NCBI GenBank assembly: GCA_051530055.1
Contig: CM121341.1
Coordinates: forward strand, 16,222,784-16,286,783
From: Neoechinorhynchus agilis
Taxonomy: Eukaryota > Animalia > Acanthocephala
Length of the DNA stretch: 64,000 bases
Direction of reading: 5' to 3'
This document shows, piece after piece, positions 11,561 to 24,622 of the stretch. Both the position numbers and the translations under genes were made by a program. The notes below the pieces were generated by a model. The model was not told where the DNA came from, ran no database searches, and saw only the letters and a list, made by a program, of their open reading frames with translations. Position 1 is the stretch's first letter. Every line of letters begins with the position of its first letter.

Positions 11561-13728
11561 ATAGAAAACTTATAGAGGCTGTAATTCATTAAATGTCGCT
11601 ATTCTGTACATTAAATTAAAGTCTAACTGTATTCTCTATCGAATAAAATTCGCCTTACCCGTATTTGATGAAGGATGATTTAATTTGGAAAATACATTTG
11701 ATATGATGAATTGCAACTCGTTATCTATTAAGAATTATATTGAACATGTGACTTTGAGCGATTCTGAGATCCGATATAGCTCATAAAAATTATTTTTGGA
11801 ACTTTACGTTATTAAGTGATCACATTTTGCCGATATTTATTGACGGAATAGCGTAGGCCGACAGATTTAAATTGTTCTGGTTCGAGTAGGTTTTAAACAA
11901 TTCATTATCGCCGTTTTTCTTAAGACACGATGCCCCAAATCCGCATTTTAAGTAACTGAATTTGCGAATATCACACTAAAAACAATTGAATTGATAATGA
12001 CTGATTCAATCAGTCGGAAAATACATTCTTCTTTAATGATCCCTCTCGGATGTCTACAAGTGACCTAAACAACAATGTATCTAACTACCCGAATGTAATT
12101 TCCTGAAATGTAATATTTTATTTTTCATGGAAAAAATGCATTCTATAACGAATGTTAGCTTAGGTGAACTCATGGAAGATTTGCAGAAGTTTCTATTTCA
12201 TCGGCGAGAAGTGCAAATCTCTGATTCTAATATGACTTTTGTAAGGAAATTATTCATTAGTGGTTTCGTTTCAGTTAGCAAATTTTGATTCAGAAATAGA
12301 TTTATTTTATTAAGATTGTCAGCCGGTGACTTATATCAATGTGTGGCCTTATATCACACGTCTGATAATTTTTGGGCACACAGCCCACCGATCTGGTTCA
12401 GTGAAGTAATTCAATTACTCAATGCACTGAACTGTTGAAAGCATTGTCATTCCCAATTCATGTTCGATTTTGCCACCACATTTCTTAGCTTTATTCGATT
12501 TAAAACACTTGATGAACCGAGTTGCGTTAATTTATCATTACTGCTGTGCACGTCTTCAGAAAAGTGTTTGAAGCTCAAAACAATTCGCAGTTCATATATT
12601 TCAGTGTTATTAGGAACGGTCATGTGTGCCAAAATTGATCACTTGAGATTGATTTTAAAGAAACGATAGTACGCGGAGATTTGGGATTTTAGCCAAAATT
12701 AACAAAACAAATTCTTTTCGCCACATCATGGGCCCCGAAATCGTCGTAAAAAATCTTAAAGTTGAGTGTATCTGGAACGGTGTTTTTATGCTTGGAATAA
12801 ATCCTTATATGATGGTTGAACATAATTAAACTTATCAATTAATGAACAGAAGACAGTTCAGAACCCAAGGTTCCCTTGTTTCGAATATCGATCTACCGCT
12901 AAAAGTGTAGAATAATCCCAAACAAACCGGTTTTACAAGGATAAGCTCTGATCTCAGCATTTATCCTCGTATCATCCGATGCATAACGATCGTCAACAAT
13001 GATTAATATGCACACACCTCCGCGTGAGAAAGAATAACGGATCGTTTTTTGGAATGCTACATCTCAGCTATTTGACGTATCTTTTCTTCGAGCATAAAGT
13101 TTTCACTGATTGAAACGCAGAAAGCTTATTTGATCACTTTTATCTATTGGCAGCATCGAGACAGCTCACATCGAAACTTATACCCAAGTTTTGAGAATAG
13201 TCATCGACGACTCAATCGCCTTCGATTTTTTTTAGAGAAAGTCGTGTTACTTTTTAGTCTAAAAATTGCTTCCGTTTTGACCATTAAAACCCAATTAGTT
13301 TCATGCTAACCGCTGGAACACTTTCCAATTCTCGTTACTCAAAGGTCCTACATTTTGTTATGGCTTATTCAATCGCGGTTTTCACTCACGTTGATCTCTT
13401 TTATTATTTGTTCTATTATTCAGCTTTTAAACTAAAAAGCTACAACTTTTTTATTTGACATGAACGGTCATCCCTGATTTAATTTTATTACTATTTCGTC
13501 TTTTACGTGAGACATCTTCAGAATTGCTTAAGTTTTATGCATAAGTCAACGTACTTCATCAAAGCGTTGTTTGTTGAAGAAATATTTATCTGGTTCATAT
13601 AGTTTATTGTGCAAATTTAACCCATAAGTCCTCGTCGGTTCTAATTTGCCACTCCCACTCACTACGACACTCTCAAAGACTCATTAGACGCTGTGCTCTA
13701 GAACGACATTTACACTTTAGTAAACACG

Positions 13729-16568
13729 ATGGATCCCGTAGACGAAAGTAGTTCGGCCGAAGATGAAGAGAAATATTGGTATGAGTCCTCAATAAAAGGA
13801 TACAAGTGAGTGTGATTACTGCATATACATTCTTCACAGATATATCTCAAAACAGAAATCTCTTTAACGACGAAGAGGGAATCGGATCGTCAATAAAAGA
13901 CCAACAGAATGTAGAGAAATCAAAAGACATAATTCGTCTCCTCAATGGAACACGATTGGATTGGATGAAGGAAAGTCCCGATCTCATAGTTAATTGGGAT
14001 GGCGAGACTATTCCGCCTGATGTGCAGGGAACATCCACATTCGACAATGCCGATACATTGAGACAGGCGATCATGCCAATCAGGCAAGTAAAAGCAAAAT
14101 CTGCTCGATTTGGCGGAGGTGCAATGCCTACTCAGGATGATACAAAGTTATTGACATCTAGCCTTGACACGAGACGCTATCAAGTAAAAGCGGATACTTC
14201 GTTAATATCCCAATCGGCTCATTTTGAACCGCCTTTGGATGTAATGTCAATAAGCCGAAACCTTGCAGCCACTCATATTTCTCTTTTGCCTACTTCATTT
14301 TAAGTGTCGATTTCATCGGTGACTAATGGGGTTCAGATTCTTTAACATGTGTTGAAATCGCACAGGACGATCCCTGTGAGTTTGATGATACCGAAGTTGA
14401 CTCTTATCGAGTTATTAGTGATCTTATGATCAATAAGGTTAGAATTTAGCCAGTTGTAAAAAATATTTTCACATTAACTGCAGCCTAGCCAACTAACGTC
14501 TGTTCGAACTCAAATACAAAAAGAACGATTGTTCAAGTCTGCTCTCACTCGAGGAGATGGTAATGCCATAATCGCAGTTATTCTGTATTTGAAGCAGACA
14601 ATGTCTAAATCATTTGATCAACAATCGCTTCAGCTTTATCTTAACACAATTTTAATAGACAATAATTCTGCTCAACTATTTGACACTGGAATGTGATGCA
14701 AGTATTGTTGCTCTAGCGAACTTCGGTTCAACATTTGTAAACTTGTTAGCATATTCAGTGCTGTAAATTTCTCAAACATTTTTTATTGCAACTATTGTGT
14801 TGAATTGACAAATGAAAATTATTAAGAAAAGAAAAAATCTCCTGATTCAGCCGCTTTGCTTAAAATAAAATTTCTCATATATTTTTTCTGAGTGGCAAAA
14901 TAAGCTCCAGTGCGCTTTCTCTTTGATTTCTTTGAATTCCCTTTACCTATCGTAACCAAATTAATGGTTTAAACCAATCCAGATTTTGCGGGTAAATTCA
15001 TGTATTTTCCAAAATCCCCTAGAAAAACTTAAGGGTTTGACTTTGGAATCGAATATTGTGTATTTATAGTATATATTAAGTTGATATAAAATCTCTATAA
15101 ATTCGCTGAGCGCACCAAACGCACAATATTTACGCTGTTGATCATTGTTGATCATTTGAACAAGCAATTTTTCCAGAAAATTCTGACTGGAAAGAGTTAC
15201 TTGAAAAATCAAGACGCAAAACTTGCCCGTGATCACTACGTTCGATATGTCAAATTCTGCATGAGTTTGGACGAGGTTAGTCGTTGAGCATTTTCTTTAT
15301 TTATCCTTCGGATTAATTCTTTTTCTCGATGTTCGAAACTTCTTAATGGTGCTCTTGTGAGATATTACTTGATTTGGTAGCCGCCTTATTGATCAGGTTT
15401 TGTTTTCTGATCTTAATGGTGCAGTAAGCAAACCAGACGTTCGTAAGTGGAGAGACAGGCCTTTATCTGAAAATTACTCAAACTATGTGAGGTTCTCAAG
15501 TGAAATTTATTGTTAGCGGCTACTGCAAAGCTTCACACTATGTTGATCGCTGCATTCTAATTATATTTTGCGATTTAAATATTTGACAGTAGTGCCAATA
15601 TAATTATTTCATTTAGGCTATAAAGGAGCTTCGGGACCTAAACATGAGCGAAGAAGCTCTTAATTTTTACATGTCACGGTTTTCATCGTCATTTGAAGAA
15701 GACCTGGGAATCATACTAAGCGATCGACCAACATCAGCTCAGATGGTAGACCTCCTTCGTTCAAGATACAAAGAACTTCTTACATTTTTCGGGCAGTTAG
15801 GAGACATTCCATACGGAAAATCAGTCTCGCTGCATATGTATATGATTGACGTAAAAAAGAGGATTTTTAGTGAATATAACAGTCTCCATCCAGGAAAAGC
15901 TCTAACCGAACCTTTGATAGAAGTAGCGCGGATAAAATCTCCAATCGAACTCTTGAGATTATGTTTACGAAATGACAACCGTATTGGTGATTTACACACT
16001 GCGAGGATCAGGATTACAACTAGAGCTCTCCTTAAAAAATCCTGGTTCCATAAAGCTTCCTGATCCTACCCATATATGTGAAAGATTCAATCTTACCGAT
16101 CGGCAACATGCGTTCTCAATAGTGTCCGTCCTTGCAGAATTAAACGCATGGTCCGAACTCAATAATCAATTGCTGAAAAAGGGAGTCGCCTCCCGTTTAT
16201 CAAGCCCAGGTCTTTCTAAGTCAACTCAGTGGCACATAATGTGCGATATTGCGTTCGCAGCTAATGCGCCGGCTTCTATTATCTCCGATTACATTCGATA
16301 CATTCCAGACGTCGAACAACGTTTCGATAAAGCACAAAAATTTAACTGTTATGATTTGGCTGTGGAATGTCTCAAGGAACTCAAGAATAAAGAGAAACTA
16401 GAATTTTATCGAAAAACAATTCCAAACGATCAGCCAGCTTATACGAAAGCTACAGCTTATCTCGAAAATATGCCAGCTACAAGTGCTCAAATATCAACTA
16501 GCGGGATGAACTTTCCGACTTTATCAAAAGATAAGTTTAGATTTAGGGATTTATTCCAGAAAAAATAA
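13729..16568 (+). CDS. VIPAS39: VPS33B-interacting protein (SPE-39/VIPAR), multi-exon
   Basis: N-terminal DEEKYWYESS; internal DGNAIIAVILYLKQT; C-terminal APASIISDYI..IPDVEQRFDKAQKFNCYDLAVECLKELKNKEKL, all matching VIPAS39. Confidence 0.85.
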
Positions 16569-17410
16569 TGATTTGAGTTCAACCAAATTTATGCTTGACG
16601 ACTAGATTCCCTTCAATTTTTGAATATATTAACAATAAAAAATACAGCACAAAAAGGATCGTTTGCCATGAAATAAATAAAACGGAAATAGTCCAACTTA
16701 AGAAGCGTGTTAATAATATGTTAGCTAACATGTGGACTGTAAATAATTAATTTTGCGCTATTTGCACCACAAAGCGGAACTATAAATAAATATAAGAAAC
16801 ATGGGATAATCATTTAACGGCTATCGGAGTTAAAAGACTAACAAAAACTTACGAAAAATGAAGTTAAAGATAAAATCCATGGGTATGTGGCGGTGGGGAA
16901 AAAATTATATCAAAGAATGACTTTAATTGAAATATTTCGTCCAATCACGCTGGACTTCTTCAGTCAATTATTGTTAAAGTATTTTATTCGAGTGCGAATA
17001 AAATACTTTCAATTAAAGTCACTGTTTGATATTATTTTTTTCCCACCGCCACAAAAAATGAAGTTCTAACCGCCGCGCGTGCTTGTACAAACTGCGGAAA
17101 TGACCTTCGTATTATGAAAGATCGATCGATAAATACAAGAGATGATCGACCAAATAAGTTCAAAAAGGTTTCTACAACGCGAGTTTGATAACAACCGAAA
17201 GCCTGCATCTGTTTCGTCAACGACAAATATACTTCTTAGCATAAGTTAAGCCGTTTTGAAAATCTCTTGACTAATACAAGCGCAAAGATTCCTAAATGTG
17301 CGCAAATCATTTGAAATGGAACCGAATTACTAAACTGTCAAACAAATAAAACTGCTTTCCTCTCAGACCAAAGCAACAAAACCGAAACGGAGATGTTTAC
17401 AGGGATTTTC

Positions 17411-18145
17411 TTAGGAAAGCATTTCCATTGTGTTTTTCTTTGTTATCGAATCCCAATGGTCTTTGGTGTACGTAAGCTTGAATATTGAATTGATAACATC
17501 AAGTTCATGAGCACTCGTGTTCATTCCGCAAATTCCGGTCCAATCATTACAAGCGAGGCCAGCGGCTAACAAATCGCTTCCTCGATTAACAGTGCCGGGC
17601 AGTAGAGGAACTTGGAGGAGTGACGCGAGTTCCTCAAGTTGCGGTTTCGTTGTTCGCGGATGAACGAGGCCGCCTCGGTTTGTAATAACGCTGTATGTAC
17701 CAACCAGTGCATTTCCTGCAATCACATTTCGGAACACTTCGACGTTCAATGTGTCCCCCAGAATCTCCTCGGTCTCCTTGTCTAATTCCGGATGAGCAAG
17801 AGCGACGTGATCGTTTGAAACGATTACATTTCCCAGAGCCGATAGTCGCTCTTCGACTCTCTGGATTTTTACGTTATCCGGGAGGGCATTTCTAAGGAAC
17901 TGGATTTCTTGATCCGTCGTAGTATTCGGGACGAGAAGGCCGTGGCGATTCCCAACGGTCAGGCGTCCAACTATCCGGCAGCCAGCAATGCAGCACCGGA
18001 TCACGGGAACGCTATCGCCCATCTGCCATTCAAGAGAACTGTAAAACTGACTCGATGAAGTTAAACCACAAAGACAATAAGAATTCGTGAGTTTCGCGAA
18101 CACTCCAACGTCATTGCTGCCCTCACATTGGTAACGATTAGCCAT
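17411..18145 (-). CDS. EIF6: Eukaryotic translation initiation factor 6, intronless, 244 aa
   Basis: DVGVFAKLTNSYCL, IAGCRIVGRLTVGNRHGLLVP, RVEERLSALGNVI, GTVNRGS. Start taken at ATG 18145 by homology. Confidence 0.97.
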   Translation of the reverse strand: MANRYQCEGSNDVGVFAKLTNSYCLCGLTSSSQFYSSLEWQMGDSVPVIRCCIAGCRIVGRLTVGNRHGLLVPNTTTDQEIQFLRNALPDNVKIQRVEERLSALGNVIVSNDHVALAHPELDKETEEILGDTLNVEVFRNVIAGNALVGTYSVITNRGGLVHPRTTKPQLEELASLLQVPLLPGTVNRGSDLLAAGLACNDWTGICGMNTSAHELDVINSIFKLTYTKDHWDSITKKNTMEMLS

Positions 18146-18368
18146 TCTCAAGCTTATTTTAGAAGGTATTTTCGAGAGATGACTAGAAGACTTGTTTCTT
18201 GGTTCGTTTTCTTTCCCGTTTGTGCGTCTAGGAAATGCGAGGAGCGATCGATACCATTGGATTTTTTCGATCACATTTCTTCTTAATCGACGAATGATAG
18301 ACCTTGAAATGGGTCTTTGAACTACAAAATGACCAAGTCCGTGATCTCCTACCTTTCTTGTTAAGACA

Positions 18369-19436
18369 ATGCCTTACAGTTCTACAAATGATCTTTGGAA
18401 TCCGCCTCCTCCGCCTGAACTGAACGAGTTAGCAGATGACCGAATCCGGGGAACTATTTATAGCAAACATCGACTTTATCAACTTCTTCTCTCGCTCGTT
18501 CAATATTGCGATCAATGTACGACAATGGACGAAATTGAACTCGAAGAAACTCTTTGCTCATTATGGGACATGACAATCAATGAGTCAGTTTCGGAACTCA
18601 TTTTAAACTTTGGTGCTCATCGCGTTTTCGTTCACCTGTGCACATCATCGATATCTCAACGAATCGCTGAGCTTTGTTTTGGAATTCTTGCAAATTTGTT
18701 GTGTTTTGACTTTTTTCTCTCTGAAAATGGATACAATGAAATCACAAAAGTAGCTGCTGAGCAACTCCGGCACTTGGAAAACGGGTGTAGCGAAATCTTA
18801 TGGGATCCATTGGTTCTTGTTCAAATAATGCGACTTTGCAACGTCTTAATTGTGGGTAATCGAGATTTCATTGAACAGATTCCCATTACTGCACTCGTTT
18901 TTATTCTAAAGCAATCACTGAATCGTTCATTGATCGCCAAAACGTGCTTAGTAGTTCGTTCTATGCTTGATAATGAATATAAGCCGTGTCGACAGATATA
19001 TGCAGGATTGTTGGAAGCTGCAAAGACCCAAAAACGGCCCAATCGACACCTACTTTATTGTCTTTTGAGCGTTTCCGTTCAAATGTCTTGCTCTGATCTG
19101 GACAATCAATTCAATGAAGTCATTCTTTTGAGCGTCAAATCTCTCTTGGATCCTCAGATTGATTTGGGAGAAGATGAGGACTCGAGACTTGAACAAGTCG
19201 AGGATACTTTGGGAACGATTATAATGACTCACATTGAGTTGGAAATGAATATGTTGAACTTTGACAATGTCGTGAAAGCAATAATCGATTACAAACCAAC
19301 ATGTCAATCTTCCTTATTTAAACCTCTGCTTACTCTCTCGTTCCTCAATGGGGCTGAAAAAATCAAACTGAGTAAAGAAACCAAGGTTAAACTCAAAGAG
19401 TTCCTGAAGACTCTTTTAGATAAATTGCTTTTTTGA
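18369..19436 (+). CDS. SAAL1: SAAL1-like ARM-repeat protein, intronless
   Basis: PPPP...D.I.GTIYSKH.L; LCSLWDMT; ELCFGILANL match the SAAL1 N-terminus. Head-to-head with eIF6 across a 223 bp gap. Confidence 0.85.
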   Translation: MPYSSTNDLWNPPPPPELNELADDRIRGTIYSKHRLYQLLLSLVQYCDQCTTMDEIELEETLCSLWDMTINESVSELILNFGAHRVFVHLCTSSISQRIAELCFGILANLLCFDFFLSENGYNEITKVAAEQLRHLENGCSEILWDPLVLVQIMRLCNVLIVGNRDFIEQIPITALVFILKQSLNRSLIAKTCLVVRSMLDNEYKPCRQIYAGLLEAAKTQKRPNRHLLYCLLSVSVQMSCSDLDNQFNEVILLSVKSLLDPQIDLGEDEDSRLEQVEDTLGTIIMTHIELEMNMLNFDNVVKAIIDYKPTCQSSLFKPLLTLSFLNGAEKIKLSKETKVKLKEFLKTLLDKLLF

Positions 19437-19583
19437 ACGTAACCAGACTTTAGTTTTAATATTTCCTCTAACGAATCATCTGATTCAGCCTTGATTTCCA
19501 TTCGGTAGCCAGTAGAATCGATATCCCGGGTTTATAACTCGGACTACCTAAGAGAATAATTTCAAAAGATAAGAAAGCATTGA

Positions 19584-19657
19584 AAATATTGACACTTAAC
19601 TTGAGATTCACTTTAGATCGAAATATTGACACTTAACTTGAGATTCACTTTAGATCG
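19584..19657. repeat. Perfect 37-bp tandem duplication
   Basis: AAATATTGACACTTAACTTGAGATTCACTTTAGATCG x2. Confidence 0.95.
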
Positions 19658-20009
19658 CCAAAGTTCGTGCACTGGAAAAGGTAGGCCTGTTGTTGCTGTT
19701 GTTACGGACAAATATAACTCTATTTCTTAATTAGTTCCGAGTTTCATTGAGTTTAAATTTAGCATCACTGATCCACCATCTAAAAATCTAATTTTTGTAA
19801 ATCAATGACTTAACCTGTTATTAAACCTGAGAATCACGCCCACGATAAAACATTGCTTCTTATTCAAATTTAAGTGGTTTGTACAGAGTTTTGGTACGGA
19901 AAACAAATCCGCATATTTTTGTTATTATGCCCTTTTATCCGGAAAATATTGGAAAAAACCGGAATTATTTTTATAACTAAAAGTCTTCGGCTTTCATAAC
20001 AATTTTTTT

Positions 20010-22900
20010 CAAACAATAAACTTTTATTTTACGCATATTATGTATGCTGTATGCCTAGCCGTCCTCAATTGTCGCCCGAATGCTTGCAGTGTTGCCTTTC
20101 AACACGCCGATGCTGATATTTTGAACCAGGTATTGACCTGACCTTGCATCACCGGTTATAACCTGAAGACATCGCTTCAGATTCCTCAGGAGTTGAAAAG
20201 AGCCTCGCTACAGAGAGATCCGTAGGTCTCAACCCCAAAAGTCACAAACACATGGTCCGGGCTAGATCTAGGTATTTCGCCGTTTTCCGTCCTTCCGCAG
20301 CGCTCGCTGCACCTCCTGCTTTAACCATCGAGAACATGAGATTGCTGACCGCGAGTGTATCGACACAAGTGCCACGGAAATACGGTCACCCCATCAAGTC
20401 TACGTCCGTCGTCCCTACAGAGGTTGGCAGGTTCAAAAATAATGGGTGCATGTACCGTAACAAGTGCCCAGCTCAGCACCATGTTAATTTCGGCATGCCT
20501 TGCGAATCTGCCGGCTGATCTTCTACAGATGAGACTATGATGTCCCGACGTATCCACATTTGCACCGCAGCGGCAACGGTGGGGATGACACATCGGTAGT
20601 CCTAGTCTCATTGAAACTCCAACCCGAAGAGTACCCACAGATGCCAGCAGTACCGCGTTCAAGCAAGCACCTGATTCTCTAGTGGAGACTGCCAACAACC
20701 TGGCACGGACAACGTCGTCGCTTGAGTCTGATAAGAGAGAGCTTTGAACTCTTGCTACGAGAGGTATATCCCACAGAGATTGTTTTTGACCCTTCACAGG
20801 TACTTGATCGGAGTTGGTCAGTGCACACCACTCACTGACTCCCTCTTCAAATGCCTATCAAGATGATAATTAGATTTTAAAATGAGCTGAACTGCGCTTC
20901 GGCTTCCCTTATAGAAGCCCAAAAATGCGGGCAGGGATATGTCTGCTTTTTTCCGGGTGCTCGACCCGGCAGAAGATACAGACAATGGTGCTTGTCGCCA
21001 TGCCTCTTCTGACATCTTTACATTTAAAACTTGCTCAAGACAGTCCTTCAATCTGTCATCTAGCTTGCCAAGCTGAACCTTGTGCTTGAAAAACGGCGCA
21101 GTGCGTATAGCAGAGGGTGTTCTTTATCAAGAACAGAGCCTCGTGTGATCCAAGCTCACAAAACCTATCTCAAAGCACCGATAATTTCTTTAGAAGGTTG
21201 TTAATTTCTTGTTCGACATTCCCATCAAAGACGTAACTGCCCAAAAGCTTAAGCCGGTTCCGTCTTTTGCAGGGTCCCTCTCTATGTTACGGAATAGAAT
21301 TTCGCACTTTTCTGCGTTCAATTCAAAGCCCAGCTTGCTTTCCCCCATCTTGATTTTCTCCAGGTCACGAAGAACTACCTGGAGATCGCCTCCCAGCGTA
21401 GCATCGTCCAGGTACCAGGCATTAAATTCCGCATTCACTGTGAGCGTGAAACCAATCGGGCCTAATGGGTCTCCCTGTTGAACGCCTCTTTCGGAAGGAA
21501 TGATGTGATCGTTGAATATAAGAGGGGTGAGAGCTTTTTAGAGCGAGTCGCGATTAACGGAATAGAATGCGTACCGGAAACCTAATTTCAGGATCACACA
21601 CGGTTTGACGTTCTCGATAACAAATGTACGGAGTGCGTGGACTATGGCTTCACCCCCAAGGTGTGCAGCAACCTGTTGAACTGAACGGCGAATTTCAGCA
21701 ACACTTTCTGAGACTCGCCTAGAAATCACTTTCCCTGCTAGTTGTCTCAATGTAGAGCCAATCGCGATGGGACGAATCCCACCGTCCTTCTTTTTAAGGC
21801 GCAGAGGGAAGCGCCGAAAAACATTTCAATCGCTTTGGGGACAGGTTTTCCCCAGAGAAAACGCCGACTAACCGAATCAAGGCGTTCAGAAGAACATAGG
21901 ATGGATTACTTACGGAGAAGGACATCATGCCCTTTAGGTGCTGAGGCCGAAACCCGTCGAGCCCATGTGCTGACCCATTTGCGAACGAAGAAACGACTTT
22001 CTTAAAAACATCAACCGAAAATTCTAACGGCGTGCACGAGGGGATTATCTCCGAATATTCTAGATGACCAGTGGGTCGAGGATGTTTCTCGCTGAGAAGT
22101 TGGAGAGTTTTCGTATCATCTCTTGCGAATTCGTTGGTGGATGATAGAATGCGAACCGCGCCTCTCACATCACCATCGGCGAGTTTAGAAGACACTCTCT
22201 GGGTCATTGAACGGGTTGAAACTCGGCTCGGATTCGGTGGATTCGAAAATTCTCCCCTAAAACGCGAGCTTTGCGTAGGACCTCTCCCAACGAGTTGTCG
22301 AAGGAGGACACCCGGTTTTCGATGAGGGTTAGAAGGGACTCGTCAGATTTTACTCCAGCACAAAGTACCAGTCTCGGGGATGCGAAAAGGCGCGTCCAAG
22401 TTATTTCGGTAGCGTCCTCCGGGATCCGCTTCGGGATGTTTCTGGGCAAAACGCGCACGATCTCCAGCAACGAAGGGGTGCGATGGACGATGCTTTTGAT
22501 GTTCTGACGAGGTTCATTGAATTGAGGAGAAGATTTTGCTAGCAAAAGGCCGGAACCAACACATAGGGATCCCTTGGGCCGTGAGTCCAAAATTCTCCCC
22601 TTTCGTAATTTTGATCTGCTTGTCACAGACCGGGCAATTATGTGTTAAGACCTTCGGATCTCGGGCAGCATTATCCTCACCTCCCAGAGTACTTGAAATT
22701 TCCGTTAGCCACTTGTTCTCTACAGGTCATTCGGACCAAAGTTGAGTTTGTGAATTTACAGCGTCGGTCCTCTCGTGATCCGCGTGATCAACGCCTGTGT
22801 CAGCAGCGTCGAGTTGCGACATGCGGCAAATCGTGGTTTGCTGAGATGGTTAAGTCCCGAGCCTCGTTGACATGCCGAATTCTTCGGATATAGCAAGATT
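20010..22900 (-). mobile_element. CRE-clade non-LTR retrotransposon, near full-length, heavily frameshifted
   Basis: N-terminal CPVC...HGPRD..C.GSG zinc finger, DGDVRGAVRIL, GLDGFRPQHLK, QGDPLGP, AWYLDDATLGG, CRCG..GHHSLIC..RHAEIN, RRLDGVTVFPW, terminal LVQNISIGVLKGN; AATAAA near 20025. Confidence 0.92.
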
Positions 22901-23192
22901 CCGACGACAACCTCAATGGGAAAATCTGAAGCAATTTTTAAAACGAAATGTTATTGTTTGATTGCAAAATGGAATCAGAAAACAATTTAAAACTCCTGAA
23001 ATTCAGAAGAAAGCTGCGAAACATTTCATCTCCTTATCACACGTTCGATTTGTCAACAGCGTGATTGACAGGATTTTTACTGTGAAAAAAGCGTTACCTT
23101 CTCCGCCGCAGCAATTTCTGTGCTCTATTTTAGGAACGTCCCCGCCTTCGTCCTAGGGAATAAATCGCAAGCCGTCGAAGTGTTTAATTGGC

Positions 23193-23265
23193 TGTTTCCG
23201 CCCAGGCTCGAACTGGGGACCTTCTGCGTGTTAGGCAGACGTGATAACCGCTACACCACGGAAAC
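23193..23265 (-). tRNA. tRNA-Val (anticodon AAC)
   Basis: 73 nt GTTTCCGTGGTGTAGCGGTTATCACGTCTGCCTAACACGCAGAAGGTCCCCAGTTCGAGCCTGGGCGGAAACA; intact cloverleaf. Confidence 0.96.
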
Positions 23266-23344
23266 TGCAGATGTTCATAGTCTGTTCAGTGTAAAATTTA
23301 TTTTTAATATGAATCCAGATCACTGACCGATTGCCCACGCTACT

Positions 23345-23610
23345 TTCGTTAACTTTGCTACAAGGAGGTCACTAAATCTAAAAAATGTTTTAAAAACGAC
23401 GGTCCTAAATAAAAAGGAGGAACCCTTTTAATAAGCGAAGGATGTCGATTGGAGAAACCCTATGCTTTTTCTGAATATTTCAGACACTGATTTGTCGACG
23501 GGGCACATAATGGTCAGTTGACCTCAGAAACAATCATCGTCTCTGCGATAAAATGAAGATTGGCAATGGAACTCGGCTGTAATAAATCGATTTTAATAGA
23601 AATAGAAGGT
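23345..23610. repeat. Dispersed duplicated block upstream of tRNA-Val; paralog at 28785-29048
   Basis: Long identical runs, e.g. GTCACTAAATCTAAAAAATGTTTTAAA and GACGGTCCTAAATAAAAAGGAGGAACCCTTTTAATAAGCGAAGGATG. Homology resumes at 24156-24215 vs 29049-29120. Confidence 0.88.
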
Positions 23611-24155
23611 CTTCTCAAACTCCTCCGGCGTCTCGGCGTATCCCAAAACACCTTGCTCACTGTTATCTTTCTGTCATCCTTCCTATCCTTACATACGCTT
23701 TCCCCACTTTCCTCTCCCTCGCCGTCAATGCTCTCCATTCCCTCGAGACCTTCCACAAGAGAGCAGCTAGAATATGCGGAATTTCACTCCCTCCCCTCGA
23801 CACCCACCTCCACTCCATTTTCTCTAAAAACGCTCCCCGTATTCTTCAAACCCCTCCACAATTTTATTTTTTATCTCTAAATATTCTTCCTTCGTAAACA
23901 CCCTTAACCCCAACCTTTTTCATCCCCCCTCGCTCGAACTACCCTCTACCAAAAATCTTTCTTCCCCCAAGCCCAATCCTTCTTTAAAAACCGGAGAACA
24001 AGGAAAGACTGTTAATCTGTCATCCGATCCCACATCAACAACCCTTCAAAAACAAGTCCCACCTTCCTTGCCTTCAACATCCGTCATCCATACATCGTTT
24101 CGCAAAGATAGATGCTAACAAGTGTGTGGATCCTGCATTTTTACATAAATAAAAC
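23611..24155 (+). mobile_element. L2/CR1-group LINE 3' fragment (RT C-terminus plus 3' UTR)
   Basis: LLRRLGVS..LL.VI, ILTYAFP, LETFHKRAARI, IPLARTTLYQKSFFP, then AATAAA at about 24148. Absent from the paralogous site at about 29048. Confidence 0.78.
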
Positions 24156-24215
24156 GTGTTTATAAAAATCCATGTCGCTCCAAGTAACGAATATTCGTTA
24201 CTGATTTACATAATA

Positions 24216-24447
24216 TCATATATCATTGTCCTCGGGGTGAATTTAATCGTACGTCGGCGAATCCTGTCACCGATGTTGTCGTTACTCATTTATTTATTAT
24301 GGAAATATTTCGCAGGGTTTTCCTTGCCTCTTCAGTCTCTATCTAAAATGGAGATAACATAAACAGCATGCACAGCCCCTTGCGAAATATTTCTCAAATA
24401 AATAAATGAGTAACGACAACACCGGGTAAATGATTCGCCAACGTACA
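24216..24447. mobile_element. 232-bp hairpin (fold-back) insertion with 12-bp target-site duplication
   Basis: Inverted arms 24249-24317 and 24377-24446; flanking ATTTACATAATA at 24204-24215 and 24448-24459; empty paralogous site at about 29066-29120. Confidence 0.75.
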
Positions 24448-24622
24448 ATTTACATAATACGTGAAAATTGATCGATGAAAACACTAATTAAATAACACCG
24501 ATACGTAAAGTTGTTTATCTCCGTAATAGTTAAAACCTTTTGTTCAATCCCAGCTACCATCAATGTGATTTTTTTCAACAGGTCAAATGACCGCCCTCTA
24601 ATCTCCAGCTTAAATGCACCTT

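Noticed and set aside
11700-13450. Possible spliced minus-strand gene divergent from VIPAS39
   Set aside because: Short open frames only; no consistent exon chain or motif could be built.
18146-18274. 43-aa N-terminal extension of eIF6
   Set aside because: Homology starts at ATG 18145; the track start is a non-ATG codon in the bidirectional promoter region.
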